64,000 nucleotides of DNA from an uncultured Candidatus Saccharibacteria bacterium (GCA_964566795.1 CAZMIU010000001.1:214789-278788); one strand, 5' to 3'. Numbered from the stretch's first letter, positions 42,848 to 52,439 are shown. Translations and numbers: made by a program. The notes: generated from the sequence alone by a model not told the origin.

Positions 42848-44611
42848 CTAGCGACAGGCGGTATTAACATAACTTACAGCGTTTGGGGGGACTCCTCCTG
42901 CTTTTATCACGTTGCCTGCACCCTGGAAGTAAGCTGCCGCAGTTATCTGGCACTCGCCGTACTGTTGGCGCAGCGAGGCAAGTGCAGGCAGAGTGCGCAT
43001 TTGCTCTATATATTGCACACCGAGCCTGGTCCCCAACTGCGTGTCGTTTTCGAGAGTCTGTATAACCGGCGCACACTGCGGCCTGATGCTGTTGCGGCTC
43101 GCCAAGCAAGCACCGCAACTGTCTGATATCGAGGAATCCATGCCACATGCGGTTGTAGCCAGCACCTGCATGCAGCCCGCGGCGCCTGTGTTGCTTGTTG
43201 TGCAGTTGCGACCTCCGCTCGACTCATTCATTGCAATTTTTGTCGCTAAAGCACAGTTGCCCCCATTTATCTGGACACAGGCCGCCTGTAGTTCTGCCGC
43301 CATGTTTGGATTGCTAATCCTGCCCTGAGTACGAGCCTCTACCCAGTCGTCGGGATTGTTGGGGTTCTCGCAGTAACCCCCTTCTTCGCTCGTATACGTG
43401 TACCCCGACGGGCATACTGACCCTCCGGATGAGCCCCCGGCACCGTAACTTGTGCCAGAGCCTACTGTGCTGTTGCCAACCGATACACTCACGCCGCAAT
43501 TAGAGTAGGTACATTCGCCAGTCGTGTTGTCGGTACAACCGCCAATTGCCGAGCTGTATGACGATCCGTTGGGACACATTTGGCCTGTTACCGGCACCCC
43601 GGCGCCGGGGTTTACACCGCAGTTTGAGAACGTACATTCATTTGTCGTGCTGTCTACACATCCGCCTAAAGACGACTGGAATATTGACCCGCTCGGACAT
43701 AACGGATTGTTGTATACAGGGTCGCTTGGTGGAGCCACGTTGGTATACCCCGAGAGGGTCGGGAGCGAGGTGTTGAGATAGTCCTTAATGCTCATGTTGT
43801 ACAGGCGCGCACCGCGTACTGCCCTGCAGTCGAGCGTGCGCCAGTCCCACGTGCCAAGCTGGCCCCCCTTCATGAGCATGTTCATGACCGTGTTTACCAG
43901 AGCCCACACGCTCACAATTATCAAAAACCCAATCAGCACAGTCTTAAATATCTTTTTGGCCGCATTGATATGCTCTGCCACGCCACGCGCGGCAAACAGC
44001 CTGATGCCCGCCCAGGCAAACAGGAGTGCCGCAGCCGGGACGCTGAGCCCCAACAAAAAGTTGGCGATGTTTTGTATAAGCTGTGCCAGCGAGCACAGGT
44101 CGCAGTTGGCTACCGTATTTTTGCCGCGGCACTCGGCGGGCACAATGCCGCCCACAAACCCGTTACCGGTTGGGGCTGTAAGCCCTCCGGTTGGCGCAGC
44201 AGGCACTACAACATTGGGCTGTGGGGCCGGCGTTGTGGGCACGCCGGTGCCGGTGCCGGTGGTCCCAGTGCCTGTAGCCCCGCCACCCCCCGAGCCACCG
44301 CCGGCACTTACAACAACTGCCGTGCGGCACACAACAGAGCCCCCGGGGCCCGTAAAGCTCGCGGCGTAGGTGGTGTTTTTACCCGGCACCACGTAGGCAA
44401 ACCCGGCCGATGGGATAGGCCCCACCTCGTTGAGGTAGCCGGCAGATGCGTTCTTACTTGTCCAGTCGAGACGCACACGGGTGTTGGGCGCCACGGTTGC
44501 GGCGCTTGCAAACAAGGTGCAGGTTGGCGCGGGCGCTGTCTGGCTTTGCGCTGATGCAAAAGTAGGCGCAACAAGCGCCAAAACAAGCAGGAGCCTCGCG
44601 AAGGCCTTCAT
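42848..44611 (-). CDS. 587-aa multidomain secreted protein: Ig-like N-terminal domain, Gly/Thr linker, VirB2/TrbC-pilin-like two-helix membrane hairpin, three Cys-rich repeats, C-terminal SLT-type lytic transglycosylase domain
   Basis: Signal peptide. FAWAGIRLFAARG…IGFLIIVSVWALVNTV is paralogous to the 55.3-57.2 kb small proteins. Repeats CPSGSIFQSSLGGCVDSTTNECTFSNCGV and CPNGSSYSSAIGGCTDNTTGECTYSNCGV. The SLT core IAMNESSGG…GAAGCMQV…AAAYFQGAGNV can be compared with Slt70 ARQESAWN…GASGLMQI…AAYNAGPG. Confidence 0.7.
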   Translation of the reverse strand: MKAFARLLLVLALVAPTFASAQSQTAPAPTCTLFASAATVAPNTRVRLDWTSKNASAGYLNEVGPIPSAGFAYVVPGKNTTYAASFTGPGGSVVCRTAVVVSAGGGSGGGGATGTGTTGTGTGVPTTPAPQPNVVVPAAPTGGLTAPTGNGFVGGIVPAECRGKNTVANCDLCSLAQLIQNIANFLLGLSVPAAALLFAWAGIRLFAARGVAEHINAAKKIFKTVLIGFLIIVSVWALVNTVMNMLMKGGQLGTWDWRTLDCRAVRGARLYNMSIKDYLNTSLPTLSGYTNVAPPSDPVYNNPLCPSGSIFQSSLGGCVDSTTNECTFSNCGVNPGAGVPVTGQMCPNGSSYSSAIGGCTDNTTGECTYSNCGVSVSVGNSTVGSGTSYGAGGSSGGSVCPSGYTYTSEEGGYCENPNNPDDWVEARTQGRISNPNMAAELQAACVQINGGNCALATKIAMNESSGGRNCTTSNTGAAGCMQVLATTACGMDSSISDSCGACLASRNSIRPQCAPVIQTLENDTQLGTRLGVQYIEQMRTLPALASLRQQYGECQITAAAYFQGAGNVIKAGGVPPNAVSYVNTACR

Positions 44612-44692
44612 GCTTCAATCATACCCTGGGTTTTTGCGCCAAGGGCCAAAATATTGTACTGTTGTGGAGTACAAGCCTCGAGCTTTGCACAT

Positions 44693-44779
44693 GCGTCGGT
44701 GGCGGAGTGGTCAATCGCAACTGGCTGTAAACCAGTCGCCCTTGCGGCTACGTAGGTTCGAATCCTACCCGGCGCACCA
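44693..44779 (+). tRNA. tRNA-Tyr (anticodon GTA), type II; CCA encoded
   Basis: gcgtcgg/ccggcgc acceptor (one G-U pair), loop ctGTAaa, long variable arm, T-arm gtaggttcgaatcctac, 3' ACCA. Confidence 0.85.
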
Positions 44780-44812
44780 AATAAAAAATCCCCTCACAGG
44801 GGATTTTTTATT
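44780..44812. terminator. Bidirectional rho-independent terminator shared by tRNA-Tyr and clpB
   Basis: aataaaaaatcccctcacaggggattttttatt. Confidence 0.7.
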
Positions 44813-47507
44813 ATGCGGTTTCGTAGACTGTAGTTTTAGAGATCCTGGTGCGGGCAGATTTGCGCACATCGAAGGTAAACTCGCCGTTCTTGACGTCTAC
44901 CGCAATTGAGCCGCCCGAGAGCACGCCGCGGCTGACCATAAGCCCCGCGATCTTTGTCAGGATTTTGTCCTGTATAAGACGGCGCAGGGGGCGCGCGCCA
45001 TAGTGCGGGTTGTAGCCCTCGCGCGAGAGGTACTCATACACGCCCGGGTTTATAGTGAGCGTGATGTCCTTGTGCGCCAGGCGCTCGACAACCTCCTTAA
45101 CCTGGATGCCCACAATATCCCTGATAGCCTCCGGCGAGAGTATGTTAAAGATAATTACCTCGTCGATGCGGTTGAGGAACTCGGGGCGGAAGAAGCTCTT
45201 AAGCGACTCCTGCACCTTTTCCTTGGCCTGGGCGTAGTTAGACTGGTCGCTTGTGTTGGCCGAGAAGCCGATAGACTCCATGCGGTCAATGTACTGCGCG
45301 CCAATGTTGGAGGTCATGATAATTATCGTGTTGCGGAAGTTGACCTTGCGCCCCTTGGAGTCGGTCAGTGTTCCTGCGTCCAGCACCTGGAGCAATATGT
45401 TGAACACCTCCGGGTGCGCCTTCTCTATCTCGTCAAAGAGGAGCACTGAGTACGGCCTGTGGCGCACAAGCTCGGTTAAGGAGCCTCCCTCGTCGTGGCC
45501 CACATAGCCCGGAGGCGCTCCGATAATCTTAGAGACCGAGTGCTTTTCCATATACTCCGACATGTCGACGCGTATAAGCGCCTTGTCGTCGTCAAACATA
45601 AACTCGGCAAGCGCACGGGTGAGCTCGGTCTTGCCCACGCCTGTGGGCCCGAGGAACATAAACGAGGCAATAGGCCTGTTTGGGTCGGCGATGCCCGCGC
45701 GCGAGCGCTTAACAGCGTCGGCTACCTTCTGTACGGCCTCCTTCTGCCCTATCACGCGGGCGCCCAGGTCGTCCTCAATGCGCATTAGCTTTTGCGCCTC
45801 CTCCTCGAGCATCCTCGAGACAGGTATGCCAGTCCACTTGGAGACTACGCCCGCGATGTCGGCCTCGGTAATCTCTTCCTTTAATATGCGGCGGGTCGAC
45901 TGCAGCTTTTTAAGGCGCTTGAGCTTCTGCTCCAATTCGCGCTCCATCGCGGGTATCTCCCCGTAGCGGATCTCGGCCGCGCGGCTCAGCTGCGCCTGGG
46001 CCTCGGCGTTCTCGGCCTCGATGCGCAGCGTCTCAAGCTCTTTTTTAATAGACTTGATGTCGGTCAGAGTGGACTTCTCGTTCTTCCAGCGCGACTCCAG
46101 CTCGTGCGTGGCCTCCTTAAGCTCGGCAATCTCGCGCTCGATAGACTTTACGCGCGTCTTGGCACTGCGGCGTGCCGGGGTGGAGTCTGCATCCTCGGCG
46201 TCTGCCTCCTTCCTCAGAGCCTCCTTCTCTACCTCCAGGCGCATAATCTTGCGGTGCGCATCCTCAAGCGCCGGTGGCTTGTTCTCCAGGCTGATGCGCA
46301 GGCTCGATGCGGCCTCGTCGATAAGGTCTATGGCCTTGTCCGGCAAAAAACGGTCCGGGATATAGCGGCTCGAGAGCTCGACAGCGGCGACGATAGAGTT
46401 GTCTGTAATATGCACGCCGTGGAAGAGCTCATACTTTTCCTTGAGCCCGCGCAGTATAGACACCGCGTCCTCAGTCGACGGCTCTAGTACGTAGACGGGC
46501 TGGAAGCGGCGCTGGAACGCCGGGTCCTTCTCGATATGCTTTTGGTACTCGCGCAAGGTGGTGGCGCCAATCATATGCAGCTCGCCGCGCGCCAATGCGG
46601 GCTTTATCATGTTGGACATGTCGACAGCGCCCTCAGCGGCACCCGCGCCCATCATGGTATGAATCTCGTCGACAAACAGAAGTACTTTGCCGTCGGAGCG
46701 CTCTATCTCTTTCATGATGGCCTTCAAGCGCTCCTCAAACTCGCCGCGGTACTTGGTCCCCGCAATAAGCGAGCCCAAGTCAAGCGACACAAGCTCCTTG
46801 TCGCGCAGGGAGTCCGGCACGTCGCCTATGGCGATACGTGCTGCCAGCCCCTCGGCAATAGCGGTCTTGCCCACCCCCGCCTCGCCAATGAGTATCGGGT
46901 TGTTTTTGGTGCGGCGCGAGAGTATCTGGATAACGCGCTTAATCTCCTCGTCGCGGCCGATAACCGGGTCTATCTTGTTTTGTGCGGCAAGCTGGGTAAG
47001 AGAGCGCGTGTATTTTTGCAGAGCCCTAAACTTTTTCTGGGGCTCCTGAGCAGCCTGCTTGGTTGAGCGCAGGTCCATAAGCGCCCTCGTGATAGCATCG
47101 CGCGTAATCCTAAAGCGGCTCAAAAGCTCGCGTGCCGCGCCCTGCACATCCAAGAGCGCGATAAAAAGGTGCTCGGTAGACACAAACTCGTCGTGGAGCT
47201 CGGTGGCAACCTTGGCGCTTCTCTCAAGCGCCTGCACAAGCTCAGGCGTTAAATACAATTGATATGACGGGCTGAGCGTTGCGCTGCCCGAGGGCCCCTC
47301 CAGGGCCTCGAGCGCCGTGTCGGTCAGGAGTACGAGGTCTACCTCGAGCTTCTCGAGCACCGATGCAACCAGGCTCTCCTCCTGCAAGAGCAGCGCACTT
47401 AAAAGATGGGTCGGTCCCACCTGGTTTTGACCGCGCTCAACAGCGAGCTCGTGGGCTCGCCTGACCGCCTCTTTTGCTTTTGTAGTGAAGTGATTGAATG
47501 GAGGCAT
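44811..47507 (-). CDS. clpB: ATP-dependent chaperone ClpB
   Basis: Two AAA+ modules ([16 protein letters not shown]), M-domain coiled coil, Clp N-terminal repeats. 898 aa. Confidence 0.9.
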   Translation of the reverse strand: MPPFNHFTTKAKEAVRRAHELAVERGQNQVGPTHLLSALLLQEESLVASVLEKLEVDLVLLTDTALEALEGPSGSATLSPSYQLYLTPELVQALERSAKVATELHDEFVSTEHLFIALLDVQGAARELLSRFRITRDAITRALMDLRSTKQAAQEPQKKFRALQKYTRSLTQLAAQNKIDPVIGRDEEIKRVIQILSRRTKNNPILIGEAGVGKTAIAEGLAARIAIGDVPDSLRDKELVSLDLGSLIAGTKYRGEFEERLKAIMKEIERSDGKVLLFVDEIHTMMGAGAAEGAVDMSNMIKPALARGELHMIGATTLREYQKHIEKDPAFQRRFQPVYVLEPSTEDAVSILRGLKEKYELFHGVHITDNSIVAAVELSSRYIPDRFLPDKAIDLIDEAASSLRISLENKPPALEDAHRKIMRLEVEKEALRKEADAEDADSTPARRSAKTRVKSIEREIAELKEATHELESRWKNEKSTLTDIKSIKKELETLRIEAENAEAQAQLSRAAEIRYGEIPAMERELEQKLKRLKKLQSTRRILKEEITEADIAGVVSKWTGIPVSRMLEEEAQKLMRIEDDLGARVIGQKEAVQKVADAVKRSRAGIADPNRPIASFMFLGPTGVGKTELTRALAEFMFDDDKALIRVDMSEYMEKHSVSKIIGAPPGYVGHDEGGSLTELVRHRPYSVLLFDEIEKAHPEVFNILLQVLDAGTLTDSKGRKVNFRNTIIIMTSNIGAQYIDRMESIGFSANTSDQSNYAQAKEKVQESLKSFFRPEFLNRIDEVIIFNILSPEAIRDIVGIQVKEVVERLAHKDITLTINPGVYEYLSREGYNPHYGARPLRRLIQDKILTKIAGLMVSRGVLSGGSIAVDVKNGEFTFDVRKSARTRISKTTVYETA

Positions 47508-47528
47508 GAGTAGTATGTCGCTTAGCTC

Positions 47529-48317
47529 TTAAGAGGGCGTCGCCAAACTCTGGTCCGGAACACTGTAGAAGGTTGCTGAGGTTGCACGGGATGCCCCTGT
47601 CGAGATGCCCACCACCTCGCCAAAGAGCGTCATGACAAGCGAGCCGGGTGTTGCAGATGATACGCTCGCCTCGATGACGCCCGGGTGAGCGTCAGTGAGC
47701 GATGCCACCACGCCGGTTGCAACAGTGTCTGCCCCGCCGCCGCCTATGCGTATGACGGACTGGCCCAGCTGTACTTTCGTCGTGTCGGCAAATGGGGCTG
47801 CGGCAACCGTTGTCGTGCCAAGCGCCACATCAAACACCGCAAGCGCCTGACCCTTGGTGGCCGGCCTGAGCACTGCCGTGTAGCGCTTGCCGTCCGGCAA
47901 AAACGCCTCAAACTGGCGGACGCCCGATGCTGTTATGGCATCGCGGTCTGCAAGCACGACCCCCGACGGGCTCACGACAACGCCGCGGCTAATAAGGAGC
48001 GATCCTCCCTTGGCCACGATGCGCACCACAGACTGCTGCATCCGGGCTATAGACTGCGCCGCAAGGTCATCGTCTTTAACAACGACAGTGCGCTCTGTCA
48101 CGGTCTCTGGCTTGCTGGTTGCCACTGCGGCACCCTGGCTTGCGGGGACCACCCTCTCAACCGTGTGCTCAACAATCTGGTTTATCGTGCGGGTCACCTC
48201 CGGCGGTGCCTGGTTAACCAGGGACACGGTCACGATACCGGTGGCAATGGACGTAACAAAGCTCACCAAGAGCGTTAGAAGGACTATCTGGTGTTTGGTG
48301 AGTTGCTCGAGGTCCAT
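47529..48317 (-). CDS. Membrane-anchored trypsin-like fold (HtrA/S1C-like, no PDZ) protein; catalytic triad not evident
   Basis: ORF trimmed to MDLEQLTKHQ…. TM anchor. VVRIVAKGGSLLISRGVVVSPSGVVLADRDAI and GGGADTVATGVV blocks resemble S1C beta-barrels. Co-oriented directly downstream of iscS. Confidence 0.45.
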   Translation of the reverse strand: MDLEQLTKHQIVLLTLLVSFVTSIATGIVTVSLVNQAPPEVTRTINQIVEHTVERVVPASQGAAVATSKPETVTERTVVVKDDDLAAQSIARMQQSVVRIVAKGGSLLISRGVVVSPSGVVLADRDAITASGVRQFEAFLPDGKRYTAVLRPATKGQALAVFDVALGTTTVAAAPFADTTKVQLGQSVIRIGGGGADTVATGVVASLTDAHPGVIEASVSSATPGSLVMTLFGEVVGISTGASRATSATFYSVPDQSLATPS

Positions 48318-48330
48318 TAGGCCTATTCTA

Positions 48331-49497
48331 CTATTTCCGGTACCTATTGGCAATTTCTGCCAATGCTTGTGCAATGCGGCGCGCCTCTCCCGCTGTGGCA
48401 TCTGGCAAAAGCGTAATCCGCACAGCCTCCGCCGCTGTTTTTTTGTCCACCCCCAGCGCCAGCAAAACATAGCTGGGCTCCTCGTCGTCTGTGGAGCAGG
48501 CACTGCGTGTGGAGATTGCTATGCCCGCCGCATCCATTGCCACCACGCACATCTGGCCATCAAGCCCCGGGATTGAAAAGTTGAGGTTGTTTGGAGCGCG
48601 GTTCCAGCTATCAAGATCTGGACCGTGGAGCACGGCGTCTGGCAGGAGCTTTTTAATTTCTGCCCACAGATAGTCGCGTACCGCCGCCACTTTTTTAGCG
48701 CGCTTTGCCGCGCCACTTTGCGCATCTACCAGAGCTGTGGCAAACGCCGCAATGAGGGGGGCGTTCTCTGTGCCGGCGCGCTTGCCATGCTCTTGCCCGC
48801 CGCCCCAGATAATCGGATCTATAAGCGTTCCTCTCTTTATATACAAACACCCTACACCTTTTGGCCCGCCAATTTTCTGCGCATCGAGCGTCATCATGTC
48901 CACACCAAGCGCCTCTACCTTAAGCTCGTACCATAGCGGTGCTTGCGAGGCGTCTACATGAAAAAGCGGCTGTACCTTGCCGCGGCGTATAGCCTTGGCA
49001 ATGTCGCGCACCGACTGCACCGCGCCTATCTCGCTGTTTATAAGCTGTACAGATACAAGCGCGGTGTCTGCGCGCATGGCCTCTGCCACCGCGTTGGGGA
49101 ACAGATATCCATTTGGCTCAACATCTGCAACAGCAAGCACAAGCCCCTCGCGCTCAAGTGCGTTAAGCGGTGCGAGTACCGACTGGTGCTCTACAACGCT
49201 CGTGACTGCGCTCAGCTTCTCACCTAGCGTAAGCCGTGGGCCCAAAGTGCCTGTAATTGCCAGGTTGTTGGCCTCGGTGCCACTGGCCACAAACACAATC
49301 TCGTCGGCGTGCGCGCCAATCGCCTTGGCAACCGCGGCACGGGCCCTGTCAATCTCCTTTTTAGCCAGGAGCGCCTCGGCGTGGAGCGCACCGGGGTTGC
49401 CATAGAGCTCAAGCACCCTGACCAGCTCCTTTTTTGCACGGCGAGAGAGCGGGGTCGATGAGGCAGCATCTGCGTAAATCCGCTTTTTCCAAAACAT
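48331..49497 (-). CDS. iscS: Cysteine desulfurase (class V aminotransferase, IscS/NifS-like)
   Basis: PLP-Lys motif (FHVDASQA). SGTEANN. C-terminal active Cys (RSACSTDD). Confidence 0.85.
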   Translation of the reverse strand: MFWKKRIYADAASSTPLSRRAKKELVRVLELYGNPGALHAEALLAKKEIDRARAAVAKAIGAHADEIVFVASGTEANNLAITGTLGPRLTLGEKLSAVTSVVEHQSVLAPLNALEREGLVLAVADVEPNGYLFPNAVAEAMRADTALVSVQLINSEIGAVQSVRDIAKAIRRGKVQPLFHVDASQAPLWYELKVEALGVDMMTLDAQKIGGPKGVGCLYIKRGTLIDPIIWGGGQEHGKRAGTENAPLIAAFATALVDAQSGAAKRAKKVAAVRDYLWAEIKKLLPDAVLHGPDLDSWNRAPNNLNFSIPGLDGQMCVVAMDAAGIAISTRSACSTDDEEPSYVLLALGVDKKTAAEAVRITLLPDATAGEARRIAQALAEIANRYRK

Positions 49498-49520
49498 ATA
49501 TAAAGGAGTATACTACCCGC

Positions 49521-50048
49521 ATGTCTGCCTCAGCGCTATACCCCTATTTTGTCGTGGCCAAAACATATCTTGGCCTGGCTGCGCCCTACATGGCACTCCT
49601 GGCGCTCATACTCGCCATCGTCCTTTTGTTTGTGCATGTGTCTTTGCGCCGCAGGCTTGCCCGCCTGGCACTCGGCCGCAACGGCTCTATAGAGGAGACG
49701 CTTAGCATACTCATGCGGGACATGAAGGAGTTTAAGGAGTTTAGGCAGGAACTCGAGAAGTATTTAAAGCTCGCAGAAAGCAGGCTGCGCGGTGCAGTAT
49801 CGGGGGTGGGTATTGTGCGCTTCAACCCGTTTACCGGCGAGGGCCAGGGAGGCAACCAGAGCTTTGCCCTATGCATGCTTGATGAGCATGGTGCTGGCGT
49901 GGTACTCTCGACTCTCTACTCGCGCGACCGTGTGGGCGTCTACGCCAAGCCACTCCAGGCCTTTGCATCGACCTACGAGCTCTCAGACGAGGAAAAGCAG
50001 GCTATCGAGCGTGCCCGCGAGCAGCTTACAGCGCACCGCAAAGCTTAA
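49521..50048 (+). CDS. DUF4446-family protein
   Basis: ORF trimmed to MSASALYPYF… with an AAAGGAG RBS. N-terminal TM. VRFNPFTGEGQGGNQSFALCMLDEHGAGVVLSTLYSRD. Confidence 0.6.
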   Translation: MSASALYPYFVVAKTYLGLAAPYMALLALILAIVLLFVHVSLRRRLARLALGRNGSIEETLSILMRDMKEFKEFRQELEKYLKLAESRLRGAVSGVGIVRFNPFTGEGQGGNQSFALCMLDEHGAGVVLSTLYSRDRVGVYAKPLQAFASTYELSDEEKQAIERAREQLTAHRKA

Positions 50049-50052
50049 CTAT

Positions 50053-51558
50053 ATGACAACCACCGCTACTCACTCGGGCACACGCCCACCTATTGTTGCC
50101 GTTGTCGGCCATATCGACCATGGCAAATCGACCCTGCTCGACTACATCAGGAAGAGCAACGTCGTTGAGGGTGAGGCAGGCGGCATTACCCAGCACCTCT
50201 CGGCCTACCAGGCCACGCACGAGAACGCCTCAGGGAAACACCTCATCACCTTTTTGGATACGCCGGGGCACGCGGCGTTTGTAGGCATGCGCTCGCGCGG
50301 GCTCGAAGTGGCCGATGTTGCTATCCTGGTGGTCTCAAGCGAGGAGGGCGTTAAGCCCCAGACCGTCGAGGCGCTCGATTTGATAAAAAGCGCAGGGATC
50401 CCCTACATTGTCGCCTTTACAAAAATAGACAAGCCGGGCGCCAACCTTGAGCGCGCCAAGATGTCTATGCTCGAGCATCAGATATTTTTGGAGGGGCTGG
50501 GTGGTGATGTTGCGTGGGTGGGAGTCTCGGGCAAGAGCGGCCAGGGGTTGCCCGAGCTTCTCGATTTGATATTGCTTGCGGCAGAGCTTGAGGAGGTTGC
50601 CGCAGATGCGTCTAAGCCCGGAGAGGGTCTTATTATCGAGGCGCATACCGACATGAAGCGCGGCAACACCGCAACACTCATCGTGCTTGATGGCAGCGTT
50701 GCCGCGGGCTCGTATGTGGTTGCCGGTGCATGCACCGCGCCCGTGCGCATAATGGAGAATTTTCTAGGTAAGCCTATTAAAGAGGCTAAGCCCTCCGACC
50801 CGATACGCATCGTGGGCTTTTCTCCCCTGCCTGCGGTGGGCACGCGCTTTGTCGTAGTGGGGAGCAAAAAAGAGGCAGAGGCCCTGGCCACCCTGGCACA
50901 GACCACCGCCAAGAGGCCCGGCGCTTCCGCTGCAGTGTCCGAGAACACGGTGGTGCTTCCTCTTATCATTAAGACCGACGTTGCGGGCACCGGCGAAGCT
51001 GTGGAGCACGAGTTGGCCAAAATGCAGAAGTTCGAGAACCTGGAGGTGCGCGTGGTATTGCGCAGCGTGGGCGCAATCTCTGAGGGAGACATAAAAATGC
51101 TCGCGGGCAGCGCCACCCCGGGCATTGTGGTGGGCTTTAATGTAAAGGTAGACGCAGCCGCGCGCGAGCTTGCCGAGCGCCAGGGCGTTACCATCGAGAC
51201 GTTCGACATCATCTATAAACTCACCGAATGGCTCACCGAGGTGCTGGAGCAGCGCCGCCCGCGCCAGGAGGTGGAGCAGATACTGGGTGCCGCTAAGGTG
51301 CTGAAGTTCTTTAGCGCACAGAGCGGCAAGGTAGTCCTCGGCGGCCGCGTTGAGGAGGGTACGCTTGCCGAGGGCGCAGAGGTGCGCATCATGCGCCGCG
51401 AGGTAGACATTGGCCGCGGCAAGATTGTGTCACTCCAGACCGGCAAGAACCCGCAGAAAAAGGTGGAGGAGGGTCAGGAGTTTGGCTCTATGATAAAAAC
51501 AGAGGCGCTGCCCGCCGCGGGCGACAGGCTCGAGGTGGTAACCAAGGTGCTCGCATAA
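50053..51558 (+). CDS. infB: Translation initiation factor IF-2, short form (~500 aa, G-domain onward)
   Basis: ORF trimmed to MTTTATHSGTRPPIVAVVGHIDHGKSTLLD. G1-G4 motifs (DTPGH, TKID). The C-terminal beta-barrels are present; the long N-terminal domains of typical bacterial IF-2 are absent. Confidence 0.85.
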   Translation: MTTTATHSGTRPPIVAVVGHIDHGKSTLLDYIRKSNVVEGEAGGITQHLSAYQATHENASGKHLITFLDTPGHAAFVGMRSRGLEVADVAILVVSSEEGVKPQTVEALDLIKSAGIPYIVAFTKIDKPGANLERAKMSMLEHQIFLEGLGGDVAWVGVSGKSGQGLPELLDLILLAAELEEVAADASKPGEGLIIEAHTDMKRGNTATLIVLDGSVAAGSYVVAGACTAPVRIMENFLGKPIKEAKPSDPIRIVGFSPLPAVGTRFVVVGSKKEAEALATLAQTTAKRPGASAAVSENTVVLPLIIKTDVAGTGEAVEHELAKMQKFENLEVRVVLRSVGAISEGDIKMLAGSATPGIVVGFNVKVDAAARELAERQGVTIETFDIIYKLTEWLTEVLEQRRPRQEVEQILGAAKVLKFFSAQSGKVVLGGRVEEGTLAEGAEVRIMRREVDIGRGKIVSLQTGKNPQKKVEEGQEFGSMIKTEALPAAGDRLEVVTKVLA

Positions 51559-51561
51559 TAT

Positions 51562-51876
51562 ATGTCACAACGTCAGGAACAAATGCAGGAGAGACTCAGA
51601 GAGGTTGCTGCGGAGTTTTTGGCGCGCGAGTCTAACCGCCAATCACTCGTTACGGTTACCGCTGCCGACATTGACGAGGGTGGTAGACGCGGCCGCATCT
51701 ACATCACCGTGCTGCCGGATGACTACGAAGAGCAGGCGCTCGAGTTTGCAAACCGCAACCGCCACGAGTTTGGCAAGTTTTTTGAGTCTCGGGTACGCGG
51801 CATGCGCATACCGCACATAGAGTTTGTGCTCGACCGCGGCGAGAAGATGCGCCAGCGCCTGGACGAGTTGTCGTAA
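51562..51876 (+). CDS. rbfA: Ribosome-binding factor A
   Basis: Small KH-domain protein. RIPHIEFVLD. Confidence 0.85.
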   Translation: MSQRQEQMQERLREVAAEFLARESNRQSLVTVTAADIDEGGRRGRIYITVLPDDYEEQALEFANRNRHEFGKFFESRVRGMRIPHIEFVLDRGEKMRQRLDELS

Positions 51877-51883
51877 CTTTTTG

Positions 51884-51956
51884 TGCGCCTACCTGGGCTC
51901 GAACCAGGGACCATCTCCTTAAGAGGGAGTTGCTCTACCAACTGAGCTATAGGCGC
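51884..51956 (-). tRNA. tRNA-Lys (anticodon CTT)
   Basis: Reverse complement reads gcgcctatagctcagttggtagagcaactccctCTTaaggagatggtccctggttcgagcccaggtaggcgca. Confidence 0.8.
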
Positions 51957-52011
51957 ATGAGCGAACAGAACAGTAATACCATACCCCAAAAAACTCTTTC
52001 CTTCAATCTTG

Positions 52012-52094
52012 TGCCGAGGGTGGGAGTCGAACCCACACGACCTTGCGGTCAGGGGAGTTTAAGTCCCCGCTGTCTACCATTCCATCACCTCGGC
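52012..52094 (-). tRNA. tRNA-Leu (anticodon TAA), type II
   Basis: Reverse complement reads gccgaggtgatggaatggtagacagcggggacTTAAActcccc…ggttcgactcccaccctcggca. Confidence 0.8.
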
Positions 52095-52134
52095 GTTTCC
52101 TATTTGTATCACAAATGGTAGATTGATGAAGTCT

Positions 52135-52206
52135 GGCCACGTAGCCAAGTAGAAAGGCGCGGGACTGCAAATCCTGTATGCGCGGGTGCGATTCCCGCCG
52201 TGGCCT
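52135..52206 (+). tRNA. tRNA-Cys (anticodon GCA), with an atypical T-loop
   Basis: ggccacg/cgtggcc acceptor, loop ctGCAaa. The T-arm reads gcggg-tgcgatt-cccgc, which puts G where the conserved U55 is expected. Confidence 0.7.
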
Positions 52207-52221
52207 CAAGGTACTAGGTAT

Positions 52222-52303
52222 GCTGGGGTGGCGAAATTGGTAGACGCACCTGCCTTAGGAGCAGGCCCCGCAAGGGATGGAGGTTCAAGTCCTCTCCCCA
52301 GCA
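52222..52303 (+). tRNA. tRNA-Leu (anticodon TAG), type II
   Basis: gctgggg/ccccagc acceptor, loop ctTAGga, variable arm ccccgcaagggatgg, T-arm gaggttcaagtcctc. Confidence 0.8.
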
Positions 52304-52320
52304 CAACGGTCAATAGGTAA

Positions 52321-52348
52321 AAAAGCCCTTATTTAAAGGGCTTTTTTA
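52321..52348 (+). terminator. Rho-independent terminator after the tRNA cluster
   Basis: aaaagcccttatttaaagggctttttt. Confidence 0.7.
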
Positions 52349-52349
52349 C

Positions 52350-52378
52350 TTGACAAATGGGCCAGATATGCTATAATA
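52350..52378 (+). promoter_or_regulatory. Near-consensus sigma70-type promoter (TTGACA, 16-nt spacer, extended -10 TGcTATAAT) driving the SPFH operon
   Basis: cTTGACAaatgggccagatatgcTATAATaga is visible directly. Confidence 0.55.
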
Positions 52379-52439
52379 GATGAGAAGGTTGGCTCACCCA
52401 GAGCCGCCACACTTCTTCGACAACCCAAAGGGGCACATA

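Noticed and set aside
52380-52439. Upstream ATG as the start of the SPFH gene.
   Set aside because: That ATG lies only ~3 nt downstream of the -10 hexamer of the strong promoter, so it cannot be on the transcript with a ribosome-binding site. The internal ATG at 52440 has an AAAGGGG SD.
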